Shown: positions 1 through 14,000, numbered from the whole stretch's first letter. The stretch is DNA of 59,438 bases, filler included, from Dugesia japonica (GCA_001938525.1; 6 parts of 6 records of this genome joined end to end with filler, not necessarily neighbours in it), one strand, 5' to 3'. The notes: generated by a model from the sequence alone, not told the origin. Numbers and translations are program-made.

Positions 1-552
1 TTAAATATTTTATGATTTTTTTAGCTTTGAAATAAAAATCTACAATAGGATTTTAACGGACTATACTATTTTTTATTATTTTTAGTTTTTATTTTCAAAC
101 ACCCACGACTACGCATTAATGATAATAATAAATAAAACCAAAAACCAATTTCAATTAAAAATTATTTTAATTTAACCTTTCAATTTAGTTGCATAATCTT
201 GATTGCTATTCACATTTATTGTTATATTTTAAATTTATACTTTTGTACTTAATTACTGATGATTAATATTTTTAGTTGTCTTACCAAAATTTCACGTGAT
301 TTCTATTGACTTTAGTTCATTATATAATTATTATTTATAAAATGAAAATCATTATAATTGCGGTACTTTTATTTTAACAATCAACTTCCGAAATAAATTT
401 AGAAATTTCGAGTATATTTATACTAAAATTAACCTGTTTCGATAAATTAAGTATTATTATTGAAATATTACAATCCAATTCTATTTATAGTAAAAACGTT
501 ATTTGGATCTAAACATGGTTTTTAATTTTAGACAATTTTAACCAATTGAATT

Positions 553-2420
553 ATGACAAATACCAGTATAAATAGAGTTGACATTAATGTTCCAATTACA
601 AATTCATTTATTAATAATAACGATTCTGAAAAGGAAATTAATAAAAAATTTTCCAAATCCATTGAAATGCGAATTGATAATTCCTATTTAACTGATGTTC
701 AACGTTTGAAATTGATGTTTCGTGGTTCAGTTTTGGACATTTATAAAACTGACGAATGCAGAGATCTGATGAACTTTCTTCGACATTACAGTAGTTCTTT
801 ATTAACCGATAAAACTTGTGCCGACATCACAGATATCACAGATAATGATAATTGTATCGAATTTTTTCGTAGTTATTTGATTATCGCTAATGAAAACTGT
901 TCTCATATGTTGGAAAATATATCACAACGACAGTATATTAATTTAATAAAATTTGTTATGTCTTTATGGAATATGAGTGATAAATTCGAATCGCTATGTG
1001 GTCGAATGGTTACAGCTGATATTCATATTTACCTTATTAGATTATTAGGAAAAATGAAAGTAACTTCAGCATTACTTGAAATCAAACAAATTTTGTTATT
1101 AACAATGTCAATTGTTGGAATTCTGCATAATATCAATAGAAAACTGCAATACACGCGTGCTCAGTACCGTAATGAAAATTTAGTTCAATATCTTATGCCA
1201 TTGGCTGCCTTAGAAACAACAAAAGATTTGATTGGCCTAAAAACTGCGGCTTTATTGTTATTAGCATTTTTAGTTAATGAAAATGAAAATAGTATTTTGA
1301 ATGCAAAAGACGATCATATAATTTATATTCTTACTACTCTCAAAGCTTCTGTTGAATCTTCAGAGTTTTATTCTAGATACTATGGATATCATTGTCTTGA
1401 AATATTACACAGTTTACGGCACATAGCTGCCCCAGACAGCAATAAGCGTAGTCTCATTAATAATGGGATTTTGTCTCTTATAGGATTAGTTATACAACCT
1501 GAAAATGAAGAAAAATATTCAGAAGAAATTGTTGCAGCTTTAGAATTGCTTTGGTCGTTGAGTTTTTCCAAAGAATGTATTTTAGCATTAAAAATTGAAG
1601 GGTGTGAATTGAAAGCTCGAGTAGAAGAATTGGCTAATCATTCAAATCAAAATATTATTTTATCAGCTAGAGGCATTTTATGGAATATCAATAATGCCAA
1701 AAAATCTCTCAGTCTCAATAATTTAATAAGAAATGATTCAAAAACACCAAATATCAATGGCCATGTAATGATTAGTTATCAACACAGTACACAAGCTGTT
1801 ATGGTGCAAATAAAAAATAAACTAATCAGTTCTGGATATAAAGTGTGGATGGATGTCGATTATATGAGTAAATTCTTTATTTGAGTATTCTCAAATTATT
1901 ATATTGATTTCTTTTCAGAAGGATCTTTTGTTGATGCAATGGCTGAAGGAATTCAACATGCTGCTGTTCTTCTTCTTGGAATGTGTCAAGCTTTTAAGAA
2001 TTCACCACATTGCCGACAAGAAGTAAAATATGCTTACACTCTTGGTATACCATTGGTACCAATCATGTTAGAACCAGGATTTACACCAGACGGTTGGCTC
2101 GGGCTAATGTGCGCTACTCTAATTTACACGGAATTTATCGAATCTGAAAAATTTGATATGAATACTACACAATTAATAAAACAACTTGGAACACTGGGTC
2201 ATTCATCCAATACTCCACTATCCAATCGCGATTCGTTAGATGAATCATATCCTATTTCAAGTCATCAGAAACTTAGTGGTAATTTAATATTATTATTTGT
2301 TCATAATATTTTGATATTGTATCAGAATCATTTAGAAATCTTTTTGATNNNNNNNNNNNNNNNNNNNNNNNNNNNNNNNNNNNNNNNNNNNNNNNNNNNN
2401 NNNNNNNNNNNNNNNNNNNN

Positions 2421-2484
<64 letters not shown>

Positions 2485-5400
2485 TGTTAGATTAACCTGT
2501 AACATTCATCTTTGCATTATAAACAGGAACACTTTTCATTCTAAGATTTATTCACAGCCAAAACCAAGAAAACAAACTATCAGTTTGCTTTTTAAACAAA
2601 TTTTTAAAACTAGCGAACCTTTTTATTTAATTCTGACCGAAATTATTTTAAAATATTTAAAAAATGATAAATTTAAAAAATAATCATTTTACCAAATTAA
2701 ATATTTAACAAAATATTTTCAATTAAATCTTTCAACTTTATTACATGAAGTTAATTTCTTTATTTACCAAACAATTTTCGTTAACAACTTCGGTCGAACT
2801 ATCAAAAAATTTAACTGTCTATAAGTATACTTACAATAATAATAATATTTGCGAGGATGATATAGTAAAGAAAATTTTTTAAAAGCGGATTTTGAGAAAT
2901 AATTTAGGTTGAATTTTTGTAGAATAATCATAGAACGTTTTGTAAGAGATTTTGAATTATTTATCTTGTAAATTTTGTAATTGATAAACTGTAAACCTTT
3001 TACTGTAATATCTAATTAACTGTAAAAGTTATTTTAAATTTTGATAATTGTTGCTTGATGTATATTGATAAATCTTCTAATTGTGTTTAATTAAGATTTA
3101 GTTAATTCCGAGGTATGTATGGTTAATAATATTTATAATAATATTTTAAATTGATAACAAATATATCACGTTAAAATTTTATTAAGATGGTTCTAACTTT
3201 TCAATTTATATTTAGTGATGCATTTCGAGAAGTTCGAAAGTCAATACATAATCAATATTTTAAACATATATATTGAAATCAATGTTTAATAAAATTTAAA
3301 TTAAAATAATTGCATTCATACAAATATGCTGAGAAAAAAATTTAAATAAAATTTATTTTCAATTGCAAAGATCAAATTGATGTTTTTCTATTTTCATAGA
3401 TGGTTCAATATTTAGGCTATGCCTTTTTCATGAACAACTATTGCTCAATTTATTCTGTTTAGAAATGTTTAAATAGAAACACCATTTAAATTAATCTGAT
3501 TAAAATCAATTTTCACTGGTCACTAATCGTAACATTAAATTTCCAATTTATTAAACATAATTTCGGTAAAAAATGGTGCAAACCATTAAAAAATTTCTTT
3601 TTATAAACTTCAATCTTAAAACTTTCATTTTAAAAATTTAATTTCATAAAATTTAACTTTACCATTGATCTGTGTTTTAAACAAATATTTTGAAAAATAA
3701 ATTTAAATAAAATTTATAGATGGTTCAATATTTATTTAAATAGTTTTAAGCTTGAAATTTGTCAAAAGAAATTACATTATGTTTGTTAAAATATAGTTTT
3801 ATTCCTAATAGTGGCAGTTTCACAATATAGGAGATTCATTGCATAGTTTTCAAAGTATTTTAAATTTTAAACCGCTATTAAAGGTCTTATTTGTCGCTTA
3901 TATTCTCATTTCCTTTATACATTATAAAAAAATAATTTGTTAAAATTTACTGTATTTTATAAAATATTGAAATTATTGAGAAATAAAAATGAAATCATAT
4001 TTCAATTAGGAGCTAAGATTATTTACAGTCAATGTAAAGCTGTATTTGTTGACAAGTAATTTTTGCTAGTCCCAGTGAAGTACCTTGCGGGTCGCGTGTT
4101 TGCAACCCCTGTATTAAGGTGTCAATCATTAATAGTTAATCACTTCTAGTTAAATCCCGAAGACATTAAAATACTAACAACTAAAAAAATATAGAAAATA
4201 TAAAAAAGCAACATTTTGATCCAAGCTTTTAATTTAATGAAACTTCCATCTATGTATCTTTATTGTAATAATTTGTAAATTTTAAAAATTTTAAAATAGT
4301 TCTAAACAAACTACTTTCAATTTGTAGTAAACTAAATATAAGAAAAAAAATTAGTCATTTTAAATTTAGAAGATTTTCACAATTATTTCAAATTCGTCAA
4401 AGTAGATTTTCGTTTGTAATTTATTTTATTACTTAATTGTACGAATTTTCAACATGTAAATAAAAGTGTCTCCTGAAAAAAAATCAGTGGTATAGCGAGG
4501 GTAGGGGTCTATCATGCCCGAGGCGTTACCCGCAGACAAACAAAATTTCTTTTGGCAAAGGTTCTGGGACCGATAAAATTTGGGAACCACTGCTATATAT
4601 TATATTATTATGTTTTTCGAGTTTTCAAAGGGTGGGGACGGGCGCCAAAAAAGTATTGTGGCCTTGGTGCCAGTTATTCTCGCTACAATTGATTATTTAT
4701 GTCAGTAGTTTGAGTATTTAACTTTTAAAATTTTTCTTTGATAATTTCTCCAAACATTTCAGGCTAAATTTTAATGTTAGATTTGTTAATTGGTAACTAT
4801 TTTTATAGTAGAAATATTATTAATGATTTTAATTACTTTTAAAAATATATTAAAAAAAAATTCTTTTTACGTTTTTTTATGCAATACAAAAATAATATGA
4901 TGTTGTTAATACAAGCGTTGTAGAACTACCGAACTCAACTATTATAGATAGATTACAAAATTGATGCAGTTTATTAATAGATAATTAATAAATATGTAAG
5001 TATAGAATATTGAAATTAATTAGTTTTTTTAATATTAAACCGGTTACGAATAAAAAAATTATTTAAAATTTTATATATTTATTGTTATTAAATGTTGATT
5101 AAATGTTACTTGATAGATTTGCAATGTTGTCAAGAAAGTGTTATCATACCACGCCATTCAGCACACATAAGCTTCCTAGCACCAAATAAAAGTTTTTCAG
5201 ATTCTACCGATAATGTGATCAGTTTCAAATCAGATCATTCATCATGTTTAAATAATGTACAAAGCTTTTTCTCTGAACCATCTGAGGATCGTAGATCGAG
5301 TAGTGGTGACTCGAAAGAATCTAAAAAGCATTTATCAGACTGTTGTATTTGTAATGAAAAAGAACTTCAAGTTCTTCTTTGGCCTCAATCTCAATGTACT

Positions 5401-5598
5401 TCCTGGCTCAATGCAAATTTTATTCCAGTAGAAACATATGGATATCCTTTGTCAGCACTTGATGGTCCATTGTTACTGGAATTAGCAGAAATGAGAATCG
5501 TCGCACCAGAAATGTTTTTCAAATCAGCAAAAGAAGATTTGAAATTAGATTTTCTTCATACTTTGCATTTAAGTCGTGCACTTAAAGGACTTAAATAA
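553..5598 (+). CDS. ARM-repeat / TIR / SAM-like protein (SARM1-like domain set in ARM-TIR-SAM order); join(553..1867,1919..2278,5117..5598), 718 aa
   Basis: Exon 1 is helical and ARM-like (ALELLWSLSF, ARGILWNI) and ends in the TIR start HVMISYQHS..GYKVWMDVDYM. A 51-nt GT-AG intron (1868-1918) restores MKGSFVDAMAEGI..SPHCRQEVKYA..DGWLG (TIR_2 type). Phase-1 donor 2279 matches the phase-1 acceptor ending at 5116. C-terminus WPQSQCTSWL..LDGPLLLEL is SAM-like. An AG acceptor at 530-531 suggests an upstream exon. Confidence 0.85.
2421..2483. repeat. (AAT)n microsatellite in intron 2, next to an N gap
   Basis: Perfect TAA array; explains the poly-Asn tail of ORF 1939..2490. Confidence 0.95.
4485..4688. 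mobile_element. Degenerate MITE-like fragment
   Basis: GC-richer island starting CAGTGGTATAGCGAG with an inverted match CTCGCTACA near 4679-4687. Confidence 0.35.
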
Positions 5599-6406
5599 TC
5601 TATTTTTTAATTTTTAATGGGAAATCCTCATGAAAATTTCGTCTTTCTGTATATTTTGTGTTTAATTTAATAGTCATATGAATATTTCTTATTTGTTTTG
5701 TTATATCAAAGATTTTGATTTTAGGCTTACAAAAGCCGTGCTCTGTATTTTATAAATGCACTGGTTTACCATATATTGTTTCAACTTGCCAAGATTTTAG
5801 ATTCAAATTATATATTAAAATCCAGTTTAGATATTTATACAGTGTTTATTTATATGTTCAACAAACTTTTGTTTTGCTAATAATAATAAACGCCTTGTTC
5901 TCAATTTTTTTATATATAAAATTAAATGGATAATTGATTTATACTATTTTAGATATTTTAGAAATTTACAAATGATAAAAAAACCTTTGCTTATGTTTTA
6001 CAATTATAACTTTAGTTTGATATCTAAATTTGGAAATAAAATCTTGTTTCATTATGGGTATGCGTGATTGTTTGCATCCTAACGATCGTCGTTCAACGTT
6101 GCCCGCTCACATCTGTAGTGTATTCCAACTTAAATAATCATTATTTTATTATTTATTCACCCCAGAGGATATATATATATATATATATTTATATATATCC
6201 TATTAAAATTGTTGAAAACTTTACGTTAATTAAGTAATAAATTTGGACATTATCGATTTATTATTAAATAGTGGTGAAATTATAATTAATAGTAATTTAC
6301 AACATAATAAGTCATTAAAAACTAAGTTATTATGATAAAAAAATTAAACTATTACTATAAAACTATACAAAAAATGGGTTAAAATGAGTAGATGGTTACG
6401 GGTAGA

Positions 6407-6585
6407 ATGGAACAAAGGATGCATCCATAAAGTAGCCCTGAAATTTCACACTTTAATGTATACTGGAACAAAGAATGCCGCTACACAGTAGCTGTAAAAT
6501 TTAACACTTTAATCAACGTTTGAATTTTTAATATGTGTAGACTTGGAACAAAGGATTCCGACACATAAATTCCACACTTTAATGT
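6407..6585. repeat. Three degenerate ~50-bp direct repeats
   Basis: TGGAACAAAG(G/A)AT...AAATT(T/C)(C/A)ACACTTTAAT recurs at ~6407, ~6464 and ~6544. Confidence 0.8.
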
Positions 6586-6794
6586 ACACTGTGACATCTG
6601 ACGTGTAATTTTTTTTTCTTTATATAAACGTTAAACAATTATATCTATGGTGCGAAATTTACACATGTGCCGTCAATTTTCACACATTAAATTAAAAATG
6701 GATGTTAACATTTTTTATTATATCTTAACAGGAGGAATTCAATTTTATTGTTTCTTAGTAGAAATTTCACACAACAGTCCAGATCATTCACAGT

Positions 6795-8140
6795 AGATAG
6801 ATAGTAGCGCACAAGAACAGCAAATATTTGGTAACCCTCCCCGTGACGTAATCGGATTATTACATAAGGTTTTTTGTATTTTTCTAATGTAAATAGGCGG
6901 CGGCACACATTTGTGCGTATTACATAATGTAATTAATTTTGTCGCGACATTATTACGTTACTGTTTTTAAATTTCCCTGTGTATTTAGTTGAGGAAATAT
7001 TTTAGGCTTATTAAGCGGTTAAATTTTTTAGGCTTTGTAGTTAGGACTTTATTCGGTGAGGTCAAATGAGGTCAATTTTTTATTGGTTTTAGGTGGTTTT
7101 CGTTCAAAATTTCCTCGATGAGGTCGAATAAGGTCAATTTTTGGTTGGCTTAGGTGAATTTAATTGTATTTTTTCTCAGTAATAGTTAATTTGGTTCATT
7201 TTTGGACGATTCAGTCGAATTTATCTTCAGGGATTGGTAATATTTGTGTGATTTAGGTGAAATTGGTTAAAAATTTCTTTGATGAGGTCGAATAAGATCA
7301 AGTTTTGGTTGGTTCAGGTGAATTTGGTCGAATATTTCCTCGGGTTTGATCAGTTTGGGCAAACTTGGTCGGTTTTAGATAATCTTTGGGTAATTTGGTT
7401 AAATATTTCCTTAGGATTGGTCAATTTTGGTAATCTTTCATTGACTTTAGGTGATTTTTGTCCTAAACTTCCTCAGTGAGATCGAATAAGGTAAATATTT
7501 AGTTAGTTCAAATGAATTTGGTCCAATATCTCCCCAGGATTGTTCGGTTTAGGTATTGTTGGTCAATTATTTACTCGGTATGGGTAAGCTTGGTTAATTA
7601 TTTGCTTACAAATGTATTTTATATGTGAATTTAGTCAAATATTTCTTCAAAAATCGTTGATTTGGTTCATTTTTGGACGGTTCAGGTGAATTTGGTTGAC
7701 AAGTTTTTCGGTGAGGTCGAATGAGGTCAATTTGTTTCCTCATAAGGCTAAGTTTGAGAATTTGAATGATAATTTACTCGGCTAGACATTTTGGTCTGAA
7801 TTTTAAGGAAATTCATGTAAAAAGTTGAATTTGTTTAAATTTTCCAGTTTTTTAAAATTTGTGTATGGGAATCCGTGCAAACTGATCATGTTGTTTAAAG
7901 AATATGAAAATTATTAAATTTTTTAAATGAAGTTTTTTATGGGAATCCAGGACAAGTTTTTGAAAAAATATGTTCTATATATCAGATTTAAAAGATTTTC
8001 ATGTATCAAACCGCTGAGAATTTTACGGCGATCATTTCTCACAAATTAAAATCTTTCGAAAACATTTTCCTTCTCAAATAAGTTAAGAAGGTATTTATTC
8101 GATAGAGAATTTTTCGCTGATTCCAAATATGTCAATCTAA
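6795..8140 (+). repeat. Interspersed repeat starting AGATAGATAGTAG; probable Polinton-type terminal repeat with expanded internal subrepeats
   Basis: Reverse-complement homology to 33645-34305 (shared TAGATAGATAGTAG end, TTATTACATAA, AATGTAAATAGGCG, TTCCTTCTCAAATA, GCTGATTCCAAATAT). 7050-7800 holds repeated GAGGTCGAATAAGG / AGGTGAATTTGG units. Confidence 0.65.
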
Positions 8141-10189
8141 AATCGTCAAAGTTAATACTCTATAAAATAAAATGGGTTTTATGGTGACAAAATCTCAAAG
8201 TTTGAATTTTTATACTCAATTTTCTCTGTGTACATAACTCGTATGGTTTCAAATTTGGTATAATTTTACTCAGGAGGAAAAAGTGACGGTGCAAATTTTA
8301 AATATCGTCTCGGTAATATGTTTTCTTACGAATATGTACAGCCGCCCTCCCGGATTTGGTGACATTTTTCGAAAATATAAAAAAGAACTCAAAATTTATC
8401 GAAATTGATACTATTTGATGGGAAATTTTACGGTAAATACGAATAACCCCGTTTAAAAATCACTAAACTTTATCGATAAAAGTTATACTAAAAAACAAGT
8501 TTTTCATTTTGAGAGTTCAATAATTTACTCGATTCATCCTATTTTTGTATTGTTTTCCCACACCGCACTAGTATTCAGTTATCAAAGCTCTGATCACAGT
8601 GCTCTGATTGCTGTGCACTAGATTTCAATAATCTCATTGCTGTGCACTGGATTTCAGTCATCAATGATCTTACTGAACACTGGTATTTTCTATTACTTAC
8701 TGGTTTTAATCCACTATTTGCAGATTTTGACTAATAGTAAATGTACTATTTTATTAATATTTAATTATTTAATATGTTATAAATTTTCACTTGTAATTTT
8801 GATTAATGTTTAATTTACAATAGGAATATTTTATTTAGTATTGGTAATTTTGAAAAAATTTGTAATTATTTATGGAAAATATCTCCTTTTATTGATTGAA
8901 TAAATTAAGTATGATGAATTGATTAATTTTCAATGTGTAATTTGATTAAAACTTTACTTTTGTAAGTAAATGTTTAGACGTTTTTTGAAAATAAATTAGA
9001 TTTCAATTATATATTTTTATGATTAAATTTAAAATTTTTTACGGTTAAATTAAAATTATAATAGACAATGTTTATTAATTATTGATGAAATTTTGAAATA
9101 TTTTAAAATCACATTAAATTTCACATGCACTTTTTAATTAATGTTTAATTTATAATAGAAAATTTTTATTAAACATTGATTCATTAAAATAATTTCTAAA
9201 CAATTATTGGAAATAACTCATATAATTGATAAAGTATAATGAATTTAATAATTTTAAAATAATTATCAGTAAAAGTACATACAACTTGAATTTATGTAAA
9301 AACACATTAATTTTAGAAAAATCGTTCAAATAAATAGTTAAATTATGCTTTTATAAATTAGAGTNGAGGATTAATAAAANATAAAAACTTAAATCAAATT
9401 TAAACATCAAAGTAACTATTAGATAGAGAATTTAATGCTAAGCAAGAATAACATGGTTAAAAATCGTCAATCTTTAACCTTAATGAATATAGTTAATTTC
9501 AAACTTTAATTATAATAATTGAAATTTTTATTAAGCATTAAATAATTTTAAATATTTATTGAAAGTGACTAAAATAATTGATTGAATAAAAAATTTTCAA
9601 ATAATTATGAGAAAATATCTAAAACTTTAATTTTAAATGTAAAATACAATAATTTTAGACATTTTAAATGAGAAGTGAAAGTTTAAGCTTTTTCACAAAT
9701 AAATGCATAATATTGGTACTACTTTATAAAATTTAAACTTTTACAATTATAAAGGGGAAAAATCTTTACAATTTATGGTTTNNNNNNNNNNNNNNNNNNN
9801 NNNNNNNNNNNNNNNNNNNNNNNNNNNNNNNNNNNNNNNNNNNNNNNNNNNNNNNNNNNNNNNNNNNNNNNNNNNNNNNNNNNNNNNNNNNNNNNNNNNN
9901 NNNNNNNNNNNNNNNNNNNNNNNNNNNNNNNNNNNNNNNNNNNNNNNNNNNNNNNNNNNNNNNNNNNNNNNNNNNNNNNNNNNNNNNNNNNNNNNNNAAA
10001 GACAAATAATAGGTTTAATTAGATAAAAGTTTAATGATTGAAAAAATTTATGTTCCAAGTAGGTGAATAATTGATTAATAAACACATTAAAAATATATTG
10101 TTTAACAGATATTACTTTATTAAGGTGAATAATCAATCGGTTTATTCGGGTTATTAGGTGTAAAGTATATATATTAAGTGTGAATAATA

Positions 10190-10289
10190 NNNNNNNNNNN
10201 NNNNNNNNNNNNNNNNNNNNNNNNNNNNNNNNNTTAATTAATTAANNNNNNNNNNNNNNNNNNNNNNNNNNNNNNNNNNNNNNNNNNNN
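10190..10289. other. Artificial scaffold spacer N44-TTAATTAATTAA-N44
   Basis: Same 100-nt structure five times; the core gives stops in all six frames. Confidence 0.95.
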
Positions 10290-10395
10290 AAAAAATCCCA
10301 TGGAAAGTTTTTAAAAAAATTGAAAATTTAAACAAATTCGACTTTTCACATGAACTTCATTAAAATTCAACCCAAATTTACCATTCCCGAGAAAG
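10290..10395 (-). repeat. Third, partial copy of the 6795-8140 / 33645-34305 repeat
   Basis: TTGAAAATTTAAACAAAT..TTTT(C/A)CAC matches 33920-33970 directly and 7800-7870 in reverse complement. Confidence 0.7.
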
Positions 10396-10399
10396 AAAG

Positions 10400-10750
10400 A
10401 AAGTTCGAAATTTCCCGAACGAAACCTAACGAACCAAATTCAGTTATCGCAAATTCTCTGTACGCCAGAAATAATTTTCTTCTTACATGTGCGGCATTTA
10501 TAATTTTTCGCTAACAAAATAATAGAACATGTCGAAAATGCATTTTCTCGTCATCCTTGTCAAATATCCCACCTAAAAATAATTTGATATATTAAAACAA
10601 ATTTACCTTTAAATCAAAATAGATTTGTAAATTGTTGTAATGAGTATTTTTTAATTTTTAATTTAATAAGTTCAAACTGTCTTTGGTGCTTTAAATTAAG
10701 AATAAAACATGGACACAAAAAGCGAAATTACTTTCCAAACAACCAAATAA
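10400..10750 (-). mobile_element. Mariner transposon relic: left TIR and N-terminal HTH of the transposase
   Basis: Minus strand gives EKMHFRHVLLFC*RK..(fs)NAAHVRRKL..(fs)WFVRFRSGNFEL, matching the mariner consensus HFRHILLFYFRKG-NAAQA-WFARFRSGNFDL. TIR-like TATTTGGTTGTTTGGAAAGTAATTTCGCTTTT at ~10717-10750. Confidence 0.75.
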
Positions 10751-11029
10751 AATGTGTGAAATTAATCGTTTTGATATTGAAAAGTATTCGGATTATTTTC
10801 CTAAAAATAGGTATTTATAAGTAAAGCAATTTCTTTAAATACCTAGCGATATTTAAAGCATATGTATAAAATTTTCCTTTACCAGCTAATAAAAGTTTAA
10901 AAATAAATTAAACTTTTCCAATTATTTGTAATTATATAAAATTAAATTCTTTTAAGCAATACCATTTCAAATTAAGTAAGTGTGATAGAAAACTTTAAAA
11001 GCGAATTAAATTATTTTAATAAAGCTTAC

Positions 11030-14000
11030 CAAGGTAGCATTTTGACTCCGTCGATCTTCTTTAGCAGTAGAAAAGATTTTCTTTTTTGCTAAATTAGCTG
11101 CTTGTCTACATGGTTTAGAAGGCATATTTTGAATTATTTGCAAAATTTTTTGATTAGCAGTTTTTCCAAATTCATTTTTATTGTTATCATCAGATTTTTG
11201 AAGAGAGAAAACAATTTTTTCAGAATGAAAAGAACTACCTTCTAACTTTGACAAGTCTTCATTAGTTGATTTAAAAAGTTTAATTTTAATCGGTTTCTGA
11301 TATTGAGAATCATCATTAGATCGAGATTCTGAGGTTAAATGAGATATTTCTTGATTTAAATAATTTCTTAAATCTTGATTAGTATTATAAACATCAGAAC
11401 AAACTGTATCATGATTTAAAGAGTATTTCCTTTTTCTATTTTTGCGTTTTATTTCATTATTAAGTTCAGCTAGTTTTTCATATTCTTCAGAAGAATTCAT
11501 TTTATAAGTTATATCATCAGATCCAATTATACTACTAAGAAAATGCCTCAGTTTCTTACGCTTTTTCGAATTTTTTTTATGTTTTTTAATATTCGTTGAT
11601 TCTTCTAATTGATCAGGATCTTTTTTTTGAACTTTAATTTTTAATGAAAATGAACCATAATTCCTAGAAAAAGTTTCAACGTTATTCGAATCTAAATACG
11701 TGTTAAATTCATGATTTGGAGAATCATTTTCAACATTAATGGATTCATTATCATCATTATCAAGATTTTCATTGTAATCTTTAGATTGTAAAACTAGATG
11801 CGTAATACTATCTTTTAATAATTTGACATTTTTATCTAATTTGCCAGAATAATTTCTATAACAATTCAAAATAATTTTAGATTTAGATTTTAATTTATTC
11901 TTGAAAATTCTGTGAACACTTTTTCTCCATAAAGATTTTTTTATAATTTTGTAAACATTAACTTTAGTTTTAATCTTCTTCAAAATAGACCCTTTTAATT
12001 TTTTAAAAACATTTCTTTCAATTTCTTTTAAATTAATTGAATTTATAACATCAATCGCAGAGGTCTTAAAATTATTTCTGAATGAATTTTCTAAATTTGA
12101 ATCAATTTCCTCTTTGTTATTAATCATATCACTGTTAACTGAATTAGACGATACACTTAAATTAGCAATTATATCATTATGGGATAGTTTTTCAATAGAA
12201 CAAATTGGCGTTTTTAATTTAATATTATTTATAAGATCATTATCATTCTCTAAATTAATATCATGATGTATTTCTGATTTTTTGCACAATCGATTAAATA
12301 ATGGTCTTTTTATTTTTTCTTTCCGTTTTACAAAATTAGTTTTTTGTCGGCATTTGGTTCTTAAGGAATATGTTTTTTGAAAATCTGATACTTCATTTTG
12401 TTTCTTTACAATTGGTTTCTCAAAATTTTTTGATTGATTCGACATATTTGATAAATTTTTATTTTCGCTTAAGTTACTATCAATTAAATTATCATATTCT
12501 TTCCTTTTTATATGACTGCTGTGATCAGAAATTTCATCTATTTCAACGATAACTAACGGAGCATCTAAACTTTCAATATCATCTGTATCTGAAATCGGTT
12601 CATCAGTATTATTAAAACTCTGAATTTCAATAGTGGCACTATAAGAATCTGGAATAAACTGATTATACATCGAAGTATTAATCAATATATTGCTAGGTTT
12701 TATAACTTTTGCAAATTGACTGCAACATTGAAATCTACAAGGAAAATCGTTTAGACTCATATCTATCAAAGATGCATATTTTATATTGTCGTTTTTCACG
12801 TTTGATTCTAAGCCACTGTAAATTCTCAGTTTTTTATTAATTTTTCGAACTGGATAAAACTTTTTATTAATAAACTCTGAGGTGTGATTATAAGCGTAAC
12901 GCTTATTTTCCACAAAATTTGCAGTCTGGCAGACATTAACGTTAACCGTTGGATATAAAAAATTCTCTATCACAGATTCAATAATTATAGCTTTATTTTC
13001 AAAGAAAGCTAAATGGAAATCTATGTTTTCATATTCATCTGCATTATTTTTTATCATAGCATTGTTAATATTGTATTGCAGGAGTTTGGTTTTTCTGAAT
13101 TTCCTCATTCTCTTAAATTGATTAAGTTTACTATTACTTTTTAAAGTATCTTTTTTATTAATCTCTGACATATTTTGGACATAATTATTTTTACTTCTTT
13201 GAATTTTCACATAAGAGTTGTGTTCTATAAAGTGTTCATTTTCACGCTTAATTGAAATGCTATTCTTTCTTAAATTGTATTTTCTGATAACGTTTGAGTT
13301 TTTATAATCAGATTTAAATTGATTTAGAATAGTTTTTGAGAAAGGAGGTATTTTTATGTTTGAAAGACGAACATCAATATCATCATTTGTTACAATATTT
13401 GAATTATCAATTTGAGTCTGTAGATTGGATAGTTGATCGATATCTGTACAAGAATTAGAATTACTAATCATATTAATATCGATAAAATTTTCACTTGATT
13501 TTTTTTCTGATAATTCATGAGAATTTAATGAAATTAAATTCAATGAAATTTCTTTGTTAGAAATATTCTTTTGTGGAACTTTGCTTTTTGAATTCGAAGA
13601 AATTTTGTGTCTTGAAATTGCCTCATAAAATGAGTCAAAGGATTTAGATATAGAACCTTTGGAACGAGTGCATCGCTTAAAATCTGTACTTAACTTTTGC
13701 TTTTCTGAAAATTCAGCCTTTCGCTTAGAATTCATTTTTTTATCAATAGCTATAGAAAATTTATTTTCAATAAAATTAATAGATTGATAAATGGCCAATT
13801 TTTTAGGAGGTTTTCTAAGACGCCTTTGCCTATCTCTTGGAATATCAAACATATTTTCAATTTTATTAATTTTAAATTCTTTAGGAGGATGAATTACTTT
13901 TTCGGATTTTTTCCCTTTCTTCTGTTTTTTTAATGTACTACATACTGTATTTTTAACTTTGTATTTCTGTGATTTATTTATGGGACAATAATCAACATCT

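Noticed and set aside
2279-2490. Hydrophobic and poly-Asn tail of ORF 1939..2490
   Set aside because: Read-through into intron 2, the gap and the AAT microsatellite; the splice donor is at 2279.
553-5598. Calling the TIR gene SARM1
   Set aside because: Domain order is ARM-TIR-SAM and SARM1-specific sequence is not recognisable, so no symbol was assigned.
6407-7800. Repeat-spacer patterns suggestive of CRISPR
   Set aside because: Degenerate units with irregular spacing, eukaryotic context and no cas genes.
9747-10136. ORFs spanning N runs (also 26473, 27931, 35182, 38852, 44008, 46643)
   Set aside because: Their length comes from X codons in assembly gaps.
10234-10245. TTAATTAATTAA as a regulatory palindrome or piggyBac site
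   Set aside because: Always centred in 44+44 N; a synthetic six-frame-stop linker.
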